The position numbers and the translations under genes were made by a program. DNA of 64,000 nt, taken from contig CBDHFB010000016.1 of NCBI GenBank assembly GCA_965262385.1, positions 2,011,381-2,075,380 on the forward strand. Direction: 5' to 3'. The notes beneath the pieces were generated by a model. It saw only the letters and a program-made list of their open reading frames with translations, was not told the DNA's origin and did no database searches. The DNA comes from Dehalococcoidia bacterium. Lineage in GTDB: Bacteria > Chloroflexota > Dehalococcoidia > Lucifugimonadales > CATOSD01. Positions within the stretch are counted from its first letter, which is position 1; each line of letters starts with the position of its first letter. Positions 8,840 to 17,411 of this stretch are shown one piece after another.

Positions 8840-9712
8840 CTAGCCGCGGCTGGCCGCGATGAACGACTTGATGACGGCGTTGAACTGTTCCGGGTGCTCG
8901 CGGAAGGGGTAGTGGCCGGAGCGGTTGAAGATGTGCATCTGCGAGTCCTTGACGTTGGGCAGCACCAGGTTCAGGCAGTTGACGCCGATGGGGTCCCACA
9001 CCGCCGAGGGGTCTTCCAGGCCCCACACGACCAGCGTGGGGCAGTTCAGCTCGCCCGCGCGGATTCGCGCGTGGGTGTCGTGCTGCATGGCGACCAGGTT
9101 GGAGTCGAACTGGCCCTGGAGCTCGGAGTTCTTGGCGGTGGACCGCTGGACGGAATCCAAGGCGTCCATCCGAATCTTGCCCTCGGTCCACTCATCGGTG
9201 ATGTGCTCGGTGCCGAACGAGTTCTGCGCGGTGAGGTACTTGGAAAGCTCCTTCGGGTCGTCGAAGTGGGGCGCGGCGTCGGCGACGTCCTGGTAGAAGG
9301 TGATGGGCTGCATGAGGGTGGCGCTGTCCACGATGACGATGGTGCGCACCAGCTCGGGGCGCTCGATGGCGACGCGGGCGGCGAGGTAGCCGCCGCGTGA
9401 GTGGCCGACGATGTGGGCGGGCGCGACGTCGAGCGTGGTGAGGAAGTCCATCGAGTGCTGGACGGCGGAGGCTATCACGTAGTCCTCGTCCGCCTCCGGG
9501 GGGTCGCTGTAGCCCTGGCCGGTCTTGTCGATGGAGAAGACGTGGAACGACTCGGCGAGCGCGTCGAAGTTCAGGAACCAGTCTTCGGCGCTGGTGCCGC
9601 CGCCGAACTGCCCGCCGTGGACGAGCAGCATGGTCTCGCCCTCTCCCGCTTCGAAGTAGCGGGTGTTGATGCCGTTAACGTCGACGAACTTGGCGTCCTT
9701 GTAGCTGACCAT
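8840..9712 (-). CDS. Alpha/beta-fold hydrolase (meta-cleavage-product hydrolase-like)
   Basis: Nucleophile elbow GHSRGG and an HGGQ oxyanion region. The ATG at 9712 lies 10 nt downstream of GGAGG. Confidence 0.8.
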   Translation of the reverse strand: MVSYKDAKFVDVNGINTRYFEAGEGETMLLVHGGQFGGGTSAEDWFLNFDALAESFHVFSIDKTGQGYSDPPEADEDYVIASAVQHSMDFLTTLDVAPAHIVGHSRGGYLAARVAIERPELVRTIVIVDSATLMQPITFYQDVADAAPHFDDPKELSKYLTAQNSFGTEHITDEWTEGKIRMDALDSVQRSTAKNSELQGQFDSNLVAMQHDTHARIRAGELNCPTLVVWGLEDPSAVWDPIGVNCLNLVLPNVKDSQMHIFNRSGHYPFREHPEQFNAVIKSFIAASRG

Positions 9713-9884
9713 GGTGGTGTTGCCTCCTGTATGCATGTGCCGTTCGCGGGGAACCGAGGGCGGGCCGTAAATCCCGAGCGCCGCGTCTCCGCCGCATCGT
9801 GGTGGTTATCCTACCGCAAATGCCGACTTCGCGCAGCCGATGGGATGGCCGTGGGCCTGTAGCAGTCTGGTTGGAGGTGATGGG

Positions 9885-10091
9885 GAGGGCCGGCCCGAGC
9901 GGGTGCGGAGGGGCCAAAGGCCGCGTGTGGGAGAGGTTTTCGGAGAAATGTGTGACATTCTGGGTCATTTTGTGTCATTTCGTAGCTGGGAGCGTTGGCG
10001 GTCTGCGACGGCTTGAAACGCTGGAGAGACGGAATTGGGCATGGAAGTTACACAATGTCACTGAAATGAGACAGGTCAACGGGAGATCCCA
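9885..10091. other. About 206-nt conserved non-coding element, copy 1 (iteron-bearing)
   Basis: Collinear with 39697-39902. Three 10-bp direct units at 9951-9980 and two inverted units at 10054-10075. No credible ORF. Confidence 0.6.
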
Positions 10092-10104
10092 GACGCCGCG
10101 TCTT

Positions 10105-10167
10105 CACCCTCATCCCTATATCGAGTACGGAGCTGGCTCTAACCTTCCCGCATAAAGGGGGAAGGAG
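10105..10167 (+). repeat. REP-B two-hairpin element
   Basis: CCCTATATCGAGTACGGAGCTGGCTCTAACCTTCCCGC....GGGGGAAGG. Same family as 34672, 38022 and 47358. Confidence 0.85.
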
Positions 10168-10341
10168 CTCTTGGGTTGCGGGGCAGGTTTCGTGTGGAAG
10201 GGAGAGTAGCACGGGTGTGCGTCGCAATCAAGAGGGTCCGGGAGGCCGGAGATTGTCCCGGTTCGGAGGGCGCCACAGAGACGGCGGGCCTTCATCTGCG
10301 AAGCCTGCTCGACGGCGGTACGACGGCGGAGGGTCTTCACG

Positions 10342-11215
10342 GTGCGAAGCTGGATTGGGCTTGCGGCGGGGGGCACGGCGCTCCTTGTGATGGCAACTGC
10401 CTGCGGGGCCAGGGAGCCGGCTACTGGCGAGACCATGGGCGAAAACGATCCATGCGGAACCAAGTCATCGCCAAAGGAGGACTTCTTGATGCTGGCGCCC
10501 AACGGTATGGCGCGGCACACCAACGGGGTCTTGCACAAGTATCGCTCTCTGTTCTCGCGCCAGCCCAACGCAGTCCGGAACGATCAAGGGCTACTCAGGC
10601 ACGAAGGCGTACACCCGGCTGGGACCATGGGCATTGTAATTCACGTCACGGAGAGGGTGGACCAGAAGACGCTGTCCCTCGAGGACCGGATACCGGACTG
10701 CCTGGAAGGCGTTCCCGTTCAGGTTATAGAGTCAGTGCCGGCGACCAGACCTTTTCCCCTGCTCGAAGAACAGGTCTATTGTCGCAATCAGTGGGAGGCA
10801 GTTAGACTCCCGAAGGAGATAGAGGATCTTATGCAGACCGACGCACGAAGACTGACAATTGAAGAAAGAGAGCGAAAGGACAGGGCAGTCGATCAGGTGT
10901 TTGCCCGCATCAGGGAGGTGTTTTCTGCCAACAGGGAGCTGTTCTCGCGCCAGCCCAATTTCCTCATGGTGAAATCAGGATTTGTAGGTACAGGCCTCCC
11001 TAGTGGTGCAGTCGGGATCGGCGTGAAGGTCCACGTCACCGAGATAGTGCCCAAGTGGGAGCTGCCACCGCAGGACCGCATCCCTTGTGTCATCGACGGG
11101 GTCTCCGTTGAGGTTACAACCGCTGTTCCCAGCGAGTACCTGGGCGGCGTGCGCAGCCGGCACAGGCCGCTGATGGCGGGAGTTGGAATCCAAGCCCCGG
11201 ATATACGTGGCTTAG
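10342..11215 (+). pseudogene. Lipoprotein with duplicated protease-prodomain-like modules; apparently truncated before a catalytic domain
   Basis: Lipobox LVMATAC. Two internal repeats (LFSRQPN...GIxIHVTE...DRIP..I.GV.V.V). The frame then runs without a stop into the next gene in a non-coding frame. Confidence 0.4.
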
Positions 11216-11232
11216 GGCACGCTTCCGCGGCA

Positions 11233-11268
11233 GCCGCAGATTCGTGGGCCAGGGGGTGTTCACATGAT
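11233..11268 (+). promoter_or_regulatory. Conserved 36-nt upstream block (copy 1) shared by the two GH99-like paralogs
   Basis: GCCGCAGATTCGTGGGCCAGGGGGTGTTCACATGAT, 35/36 identical to 12553-12588. Copy 2 contains TTGACA. Confidence 0.4.
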
Positions 11269-11320
11269 GCGGACTCATATGCTGCTTTCTTTGCACGGAA
11301 CAAACGGGTGGAGGGTTTTC

Positions 11321-12448
11321 GTGGCGCGTATATGGTTGGGAATTGCGGCGCTGGCTGTAGCGCTGGCCGTGGCGATGGGCTGCGGCACAGATGGACCGGC
11401 GAGCTCATAAGGAAAGAGCGCACTAAGCGACGTGCCGCTGGCGACGCTTCTCTATGTCGGCTTCGGATTCGAGCAGGGTTATCCGTTCGAATCGGTCGGC
11501 GGCCTGGGCTCCACGGGATGGAACGTCATTGGGAACGACACTCTGTGGTCCGGCCTGGTGGTCTCTCAACCGGAGATCGATTTCTACAAGTCCAAAGACA
11601 CGAACACGATCGCCTGGCAGCTGGAGCATATGAGCAGTGCCGGAATCAGCGTAATCTTCATTTCGTGGCAGGGTTGGGGGGACGACAACCTGGACGGCGT
11701 GATAGAACCGGGCATCAGCGTCGAATACGATGCCACCGCAAAGCTGGTTCTCGACTACATCAGGGAGAACGATCTCCCGTTCCGGTTCGCCATACTCTGC
11801 GAGGACTTCCCCGGAAACTTTCATGGCATCTCCCTGCTCGACCTGACAGACCGTCAGCGGCGGATGGTTATGGACCACCTGTGGGGGAACTACTACGGCC
11901 CCGACGCCTACGGAGACATCGCTTACCACTGGGACGGGAAACCGCTCGTTGCCGGGGGAGCAAACACCCCCGGCCATTGGTGGGAGGCGCACGGCTTCAG
12001 CGATCCTCGATTCGAGCTGAGGGAGATTTACGACAAGCCGGAAGACGAGGATGAGCACTGGGCGGCCGCGTACTACACGCCTCCCCCGTCCAAGCTGCCG
12101 GGGCCTGAGAGTGTTGTGATGATGTGGCCGCGGCATGACGGGCTGCTGCCGCTGCTTGCACAGAACGCGCCCTGGGTCACGCAGGAAACGATGAGAAGGG
12201 TCGATCCTCTCGGTGAGGAAGGCGTCTATGACCAGGCATGGAAAGAGGTGATCGAGTACCCGCTGAGGTCTGACATCAGGCTCATCTGGCTCTGGATATG
12301 GAACTCCTACGCCGAGATGACCTACGTGGAGCCGGACTCAGGTCTCGGCCCCTACGCCGTGGGGGACCTGTACGTCAGAAAGACGGCCCACTACGCCAAC
12401 CTGTTCCGCGCCGGCCTGCCGTTCGAGTATTTCGACGACGCGAACTGA
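11321..12448 (+). pseudogene. GH99-like glycoside hydrolase paralog with an in-frame TAA between the signal peptide and the mature domain
   Basis: GTG at 11321 (GGAGGG 5 nt upstream) encodes VARIWLGIAALAVALAVAMGCGTDGPASS. TAA at 11408-11410 is in frame with ORF 11432-12448. Confidence 0.6.
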
Positions 12449-12552
12449 TCGGCGGCTGATGCGAGTACCCCACTCGGCCCCTCGCCTGCGGCGGCGGTGA
12501 CGGCGCTCGGCAGGCGCAGCATGGGCGCAGCGAACACCCCCTTCCCGCAGTG

Positions 12553-12588
12553 GCCGCAGATTCGTGGGCCAGGGGGTGTTGACATGAT
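12553..12588 (+). promoter_or_regulatory. Conserved upstream block (copy 2) with a possible -35 TTGACA
   Basis: TTGACA followed about 15 nt later by TACTAT. The spacing is short, so the promoter call is weak. Confidence 0.35.
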
Positions 12589-12639
12589 ACGAACATGCGT
12601 ACTATCGTGATTTCACGGAATAGACAACGGAGGTGGGGT

Positions 12640-13845
12640 ATGGCCCACGGATGGCTCGGACTTGCGATGCTGACGTTGCTCCTTGCCGCAATGTCGGTGG
12701 CCTGCGGCGATGCGACGACAGGGGTACAGGAGCAGAAAGCGGCGACCGAAGTGGCCGTAGCGGTGCAGTTCTATCCTACTCACGGATTTCAGCAAGCTGC
12801 CCCGTACGAGGCCACCGGCGGAAGGGGAACGACACAGTGGAACGCCTATGGGCCGCCCGGGGTTGATCCTCCCAGCCCCTGGTCCGGGTTCGCCCAGACG
12901 TGGCCTGAAATCGGGTGGTATGCGTCCAAAGACATAGAGACCATCAAGTGGCAGGTTGAACAGATACAGAGAGCAGGAATCGACACCATCATCATTTCAT
13001 GGCATGGATGGGGAGACCCTGGACTTGAAGGCAATGTCCATCGGCCCGATCTGGGGAACGAGTACCAGGAGGCCGCGAGGGTGATGCTGGACTACATCAA
13101 AGAGAACCACATCCCTCTGAAGTTCGCCCTCTTCGTTGATGCGTTTACCTGGCACATCGGTGGCAGACCGCGATTATCTACGAATGACCTGACGGACACA
13201 CAGCGGCAGATGGTCACGGACTATGTGTGGGACAACTTCTACGACCCATCAGCGTACGGCGGCATGGCGTTACAGCTGAAAGGGAAACCCGTGATATTTG
13301 GCGGTCCAGATGTGCCGGGTGGCTGGTGGGCCAATCACGACTGGAGCGATGACCGATTCACTCTGATCGAAGTGTCCAGCTATCACATAGATGAAGACGG
13401 GGATGGAGACGACTGGACTACCGCCTATATAGGCGACGACCCGCCGTCCGACATTCCGGGCGTAGATGGGATTGTGAGCATCTGGCCGAGAAGCAGCCCC
13501 ATCAACGCCTATGTCTCGAACATGCCGGGGTTCGAGTTCCTCAACCCCCCAATAGGAGGAAGCCCCAATCAACCAGTGATCTTCCCAGAGGTCGACCCGA
13601 TGGGAACGGAAGGGAAGTACGACGAGGCCTGGCGCACAATCATCAAGCACCCGCAACGTTCCGAGATAGATCTCATCTGGCTCTGGTATTGGAACTCGTA
13701 CTGGGAGATGTGCTACATCGAACCGGACTCGGGAATAGGCGCCTACGCGGTGGGCGACCTGTACGTCAGGAAGACGGCCCACTACGCGAACCAGTTTCGG
13801 GCCGGACTACCATTCGAGCTCTTCGAGGACGCTACAGTCAGATAG
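12640..13845 (+). CDS. GH99-like (endo-alpha-mannosidase fold) secreted lipoprotein
   Basis: Lipobox AAMSVACG. PEIGWYASKD...AGIDTIIISWHGWG and ...WNSYWEMCYIEPD blocks parallel the GH99 motifs PELGxYSSxD...SWY and NEWHEGTQIEP. The ATG follows GGAGGTGGGG. Confidence 0.55.
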   Translation: MAHGWLGLAMLTLLLAAMSVACGDATTGVQEQKAATEVAVAVQFYPTHGFQQAAPYEATGGRGTTQWNAYGPPGVDPPSPWSGFAQTWPEIGWYASKDIETIKWQVEQIQRAGIDTIIISWHGWGDPGLEGNVHRPDLGNEYQEAARVMLDYIKENHIPLKFALFVDAFTWHIGGRPRLSTNDLTDTQRQMVTDYVWDNFYDPSAYGGMALQLKGKPVIFGGPDVPGGWWANHDWSDDRFTLIEVSSYHIDEDGDGDDWTTAYIGDDPPSDIPGVDGIVSIWPRSSPINAYVSNMPGFEFLNPPIGGSPNQPVIFPEVDPMGTEGKYDEAWRTIIKHPQRSEIDLIWLWYWNSYWEMCYIEPDSGIGAYAVGDLYVRKTAHYANQFRAGLPFELFEDATVR

Positions 13846-13854
13846 GAGACTAAC

Positions 13855-15840
13855 ATGCCTACGAAAGAACAACTGTTAACTGGAATCAATCTGGCGAGCA
13901 AGTTTGCGGTGCGATCGGCTGGCCCCGACCTGAAGCCGAATCCGTCTGCAGGTGTCATAGAGGAAGACTGGAGCACGGTCATTGGTGGCCAGAACATTGG
14001 GGACGCGTCGATAGTCTGCGTCGTTCCTGTTACAGGCACTGTTGGCAGGGGAACTCCGGTCACGGACCAGATGGGCGTCACTTATACGCCCGTGCGCTTG
14101 CGCAACGGTCTGCCTGCCTACAAGTACTTTCAGCCTAACAACGATCACTACGCGGAAATTATGAGTAGCCGGCTGACCCATTCGCGCTCAACCTCCCCCA
14201 AGACAACCACCGGCTGGGTGAGGTTCAAGTTTATTGATAAAGAGCAACCCGCCGGCTCCCAGGACATCATGGAGTTGGAGGTTCGGAAGGTAACCAGATG
14301 GGGGGCTTCTCTCACGGCGCCTGAGTTCGAGTACCAGGCGAAGGTGAACTCGTACGGCACAGGGTTCAGCAACGCCCGCGCGGTCTTTCTACCTGACCGC
14401 CTGATTGAAAACACCACATGGGCAACTGTGTGGAAGTCGAACTCGAGTTCGACAGACCTAGGCCCTACCTTTCCCCAACGGGCTGCTGCTGTTCCGGGCC
14501 TAGGCCTCATGACTATGTTGATGCGAACAGCCACCGTGGTTTCTTCTGTCGACGGTATCGCAAACATAACCCAAGGGATCCAGAAGTTCTACGCCGAGAA
14601 CAACGTGCCCCTGGAGTTGTTTGAAGGGTTAGCCGGATACTTCGAAAACTTTGGCAGCGACGTTCATTTCATCCATTCCGAGGAAGCATTTCAACATGGC
14701 GAGAAGACGCAAATAGAGCGTCCACGTTATGGCTGGTGGTGGTGGCCGACCCGTACTGGTTTGCCGATGTCCCGTCGTCTATACACCACTCTTCATTGGC
14801 CATGGAGAGCAGGCTCTCGATCCCTCGAGGCTCTGTACTATCTGTTCAAGCACGCTGATACCGTTCCACCGACTACAGAGTCTGGCGACGACGGCATACG
14901 TCACTGCTACGAATGGCTCAAGGATTTTGGGTTTGATGGCTGGGGAACATCCCGTTTGTTCCTTGAAGGACCTCTCGGCGACCTCACCAACTGGGGAGAG
15001 CACACTCCATTCGTCAGGGACCCCTTGGGGCAGCTTGTGCAGACCGCCCATCCGTTCCCAAACATCGCCTCACACCCGCCATTCCCCTTTGGGCATCACC
15101 TCATTTATTGGGGAGACCACCTCTTGCGTTTCGCCATAGTCTGCGGCTGGCTGTACCCCGTCTTGCGCTGGCAAGGTGACACTGCGAGGGCCAGTGAAGT
15201 GAAGAGATGGCTACTGAAAGCAGTTGACGTGCTCCTCTCTCTTCAACTGCCGTGGGACGGTGTCTTCGTGGATGATCAAGGGGAGGAGTACTGTCAGGTC
15301 GATCACGCAGGTGGCCTAACCACAACGTACCGGATTGTGGATGGTGTCCCTCGAGCCTGCATTTATCCAGCCACTCTAGAACAGTGGGCTACGCGCCTGG
15401 GTGGTGCTGTTTCTAGCGCTCAAGCTCAGCAGGGACTAGTACCCAGTGCACTCACAAATCACTACGAGTTGAGCATCGGCGTCATTCTGGCCTTTGCGCT
15501 CGCCTATCACGTAGTCGACGACGACCAAGTCGTCACTCCAACCAACTGGCCGCCGGTTACCGACGCGGGAATCGACCAAACGGTAGCTCCCGGCGCGAGC
15601 GTGACGCTCGACGCATCGGGGAGCACAGACCCCGACGGCGACACGCTGACCTACGCCTGGACGCAACCCGCGGGTCCTAGCGTCACGCTGAGCACCACCA
15701 CAGCGGCCAGCCCCACGTTCACCGCGCCGTCGAGCGCAACCACGCTGACGTTCCGCGTAACGGTCACGGACGGCAGGGGCGGCAGCGACAGCGACACGGT
15801 GACCATCCGAGTGCGGTCCTCCGGCGGCGGCGGCGAGTAA
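13855..15840 (+). CDS. Large protein of unknown function with a C-terminal PKD-like Ig domain
   Basis: 661 aa with a GGAG Shine-Dalgarno. C-terminus DAGIDQTVAPGASVTLDASGSTDPDGDTLTYAWTQ...FRVTVTDGRGGSDSDTVTI. No obvious signal peptide. Confidence 0.6.
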   Translation: MPTKEQLLTGINLASKFAVRSAGPDLKPNPSAGVIEEDWSTVIGGQNIGDASIVCVVPVTGTVGRGTPVTDQMGVTYTPVRLRNGLPAYKYFQPNNDHYAEIMSSRLTHSRSTSPKTTTGWVRFKFIDKEQPAGSQDIMELEVRKVTRWGASLTAPEFEYQAKVNSYGTGFSNARAVFLPDRLIENTTWATVWKSNSSSTDLGPTFPQRAAAVPGLGLMTMLMRTATVVSSVDGIANITQGIQKFYAENNVPLELFEGLAGYFENFGSDVHFIHSEEAFQHGEKTQIERPRYGWWWWPTRTGLPMSRRLYTTLHWPWRAGSRSLEALYYLFKHADTVPPTTESGDDGIRHCYEWLKDFGFDGWGTSRLFLEGPLGDLTNWGEHTPFVRDPLGQLVQTAHPFPNIASHPPFPFGHHLIYWGDHLLRFAIVCGWLYPVLRWQGDTARASEVKRWLLKAVDVLLSLQLPWDGVFVDDQGEEYCQVDHAGGLTTTYRIVDGVPRACIYPATLEQWATRLGGAVSSAQAQQGLVPSALTNHYELSIGVILAFALAYHVVDDDQVVTPTNWPPVTDAGIDQTVAPGASVTLDASGSTDPDGDTLTYAWTQPAGPSVTLSTTTAASPTFTAPSSATTLTFRVTVTDGRGGSDSDTVTIRVRSSGGGGE

Positions 15841-15899
15841 GCCGAATCCGACTAGAGGGTTTCTAAGATAGAAAGACCAATGCAAAGGAGAGTGAAGAC

Positions 15900-17066
15900 A
15901 TGGGAATACCGATACTGACCAGCGAGGGGGTCGTAGGACAAAGGTGGATAATCGACGACTACTTTCAGGCGGGGGAGACGCTCTACTGCGGGGACGTGGT
16001 CGTCATACGACAGCAGTCCAACAGCGCCAGGCTTTACCGCCCTTTGGCGAGCCACGAGCAGAGGGCCATCGGGATCGTGCACACTCCCGCCGCCAAAGAG
16101 GTGGGAGACCAGATGGCGACCTCGGGGGACTTCGTCGCTGTGGTGACGCACGGGATAACGAAGGCCTTCTCAGGGGAAAACATGGGGGTTGGAGACCCGG
16201 TGGCTTCGTCCACCGTTCAGGCGACGCCTTCAGGGAAGAGCAGGATGTCGACGATCGTCAAAGCCGACGCCCAGGACCCTTACATAGTGGGAAGGTGTCT
16301 GATGCCTATGCTGGCAACTGACACCAACAAGGCGGTGGATGTTCTGGTGGACCTGGCCGGGCCCAAGGGGGACCGCGGACCGCAAGGGGCACCGGGGCTG
16401 GCTGGGCCGCAGGGCGGGCAGGGGCTGCCAGGGCCGCAGGGCGAGCAAGGCGAGCAGGGGCCGCCGGGCGCGAATGGACAGGACGGCGAGGACGGACAGG
16501 ACGAAGCCCCAGGGATACAGGGGGAGCCTGTGCCCCACTACGGGGAGTCCGACATGGACCGTTACCTGCGAGTCGGCAGGGATTCCTCGACCAGGCCGGC
16601 GCTGGTGTGGAGCACCGCGCCGTCGGTCCAGGGGCCGGCAGGCCCGCCAGGCCCGCTGGGTGGACCAGGCTCCAAGGGCGACAAGGGTGACCGCGGTGAA
16701 CGGGGACCGACTGGCCCAATTGGACCTCGGGGTCCGCAGGGCCGGACCGGCGCTCGAGGCACTGCCGGAAGCGATGGATCCGATGGACGCGACGGGTCCG
16801 ACGGCCAGGACGGGTCCGACGGTCGGAACGGACGCGACGGGGCCGATGGAGCGCAAGGCCCGCAGGGGCGCCAGGGACCGAAGGGCGACCGCGGTGACCG
16901 GGGTCCGCGAGGCTACACCGGCGCCCAGGGCGGTCCGGGCGAACAGGGCCCTCCCGGATCGCGGGGGTCGCAGGGGCCGCGAGGGCCGAAGGGCGACACA
17001 GGGCGGCAGGGCCCCACGGGCACGTGCAGCTGCGGCGGGGGTGGGGACGGTGGCACCCACGAGTAG
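15900..17066 (+). CDS. Collagen-like triple-helix repeat protein with a DUF2190-like N-terminal beta domain
   Basis: About 150-aa N-terminal domain (GDVVVI..AIGIV..VTHGITKA..VGDPV..IVGRCL..VDVLVDL), followed by GXY repeats over 16366-17020. Confidence 0.7.
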   Translation: MGIPILTSEGVVGQRWIIDDYFQAGETLYCGDVVVIRQQSNSARLYRPLASHEQRAIGIVHTPAAKEVGDQMATSGDFVAVVTHGITKAFSGENMGVGDPVASSTVQATPSGKSRMSTIVKADAQDPYIVGRCLMPMLATDTNKAVDVLVDLAGPKGDRGPQGAPGLAGPQGGQGLPGPQGEQGEQGPPGANGQDGEDGQDEAPGIQGEPVPHYGESDMDRYLRVGRDSSTRPALVWSTAPSVQGPAGPPGPLGGPGSKGDKGDRGERGPTGPIGPRGPQGRTGARGTAGSDGSDGRDGSDGQDGSDGRNGRDGADGAQGPQGRQGPKGDRGDRGPRGYTGAQGGPGEQGPPGSRGSQGPRGPKGDTGRQGPTGTCSCGGGGDGGTHE

Positions 17067-17097
17067 GAGCGATAGAAGAAAGATAAGGAGGTGAACA

Positions 17098-17274
17098 ATG
17101 AGCCCGACCGATAGCACACCGGCGCCAGGCGCTGAGACGCCATCCACCGGCACGCAGACCACCCACAAGCACGCGGTCTCGTCCGCGGACCGGGCGGTGG
17201 TGGTGGGCAAGTGCCTGAAGGCCGTCACCGCGACCAACGAGGAGATCGAGGTGTTGGTGGACATCGCCGGATAG
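17098..17274 (+). CDS. Small protein (58 aa) paralogous to the end of the N-terminal domain of the collagen-like protein
   Basis: AAGGAGG Shine-Dalgarno. ...VVVGKCLKAVTATNEEIEVLVDIAG compared with YIVGRCLMPMLATDTNKAVDVLVDLAG. Below the ORF-track size cutoff. Confidence 0.55.
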   Translation: MSPTDSTPAPGAETPSTGTQTTHKHAVSSADRAVVVGKCLKAVTATNEEIEVLVDIAG

Positions 17275-17281
17275 GCGAACC

Positions 17282-17318
17282 GGGGCTGCCCCTTCCGTGG
17301 AGGGGGCAGCCTTCTTCG
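17282..17318 (+). terminator. Intrinsic-terminator-like hairpin
   Basis: GGCTGCCCC-loop-GGGGCAGCC followed by TTCTTCG. Confidence 0.55.
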
Positions 17319-17351
17319 TGGGGATGGGGGGGGTGGGGGCGTCAACCCAGC

Positions 17352-17376
17352 GGGCGGGTTTGAAACCCGCCCCTAC
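17352..17376 (+). repeat. REP-A element
   Basis: GGGCGGGTTTGAAACCCGCCCCTAC. Confidence 0.9.
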
Positions 17377-17411
17377 GTTTGCCTGTCGAGGGGGAAGGGA
17401 CTGCTGGCCTC

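Noticed and set aside
10342-12054. Single 570-aa protein as given in the ORF track
   Set aside because: Only the first ~290 residues look protein-like. Beyond ~11215 the frame overlaps the GH99-like gene out of frame and becomes Arg/Gly-rich filler.
13855-17274. Possible prophage (DUF2190-like domain, collagen-like fibre)
   Set aside because: No terminase, portal, capsid, tail, integrase or lysis genes are nearby. At most this is an isolated phage-derived or envelope module.
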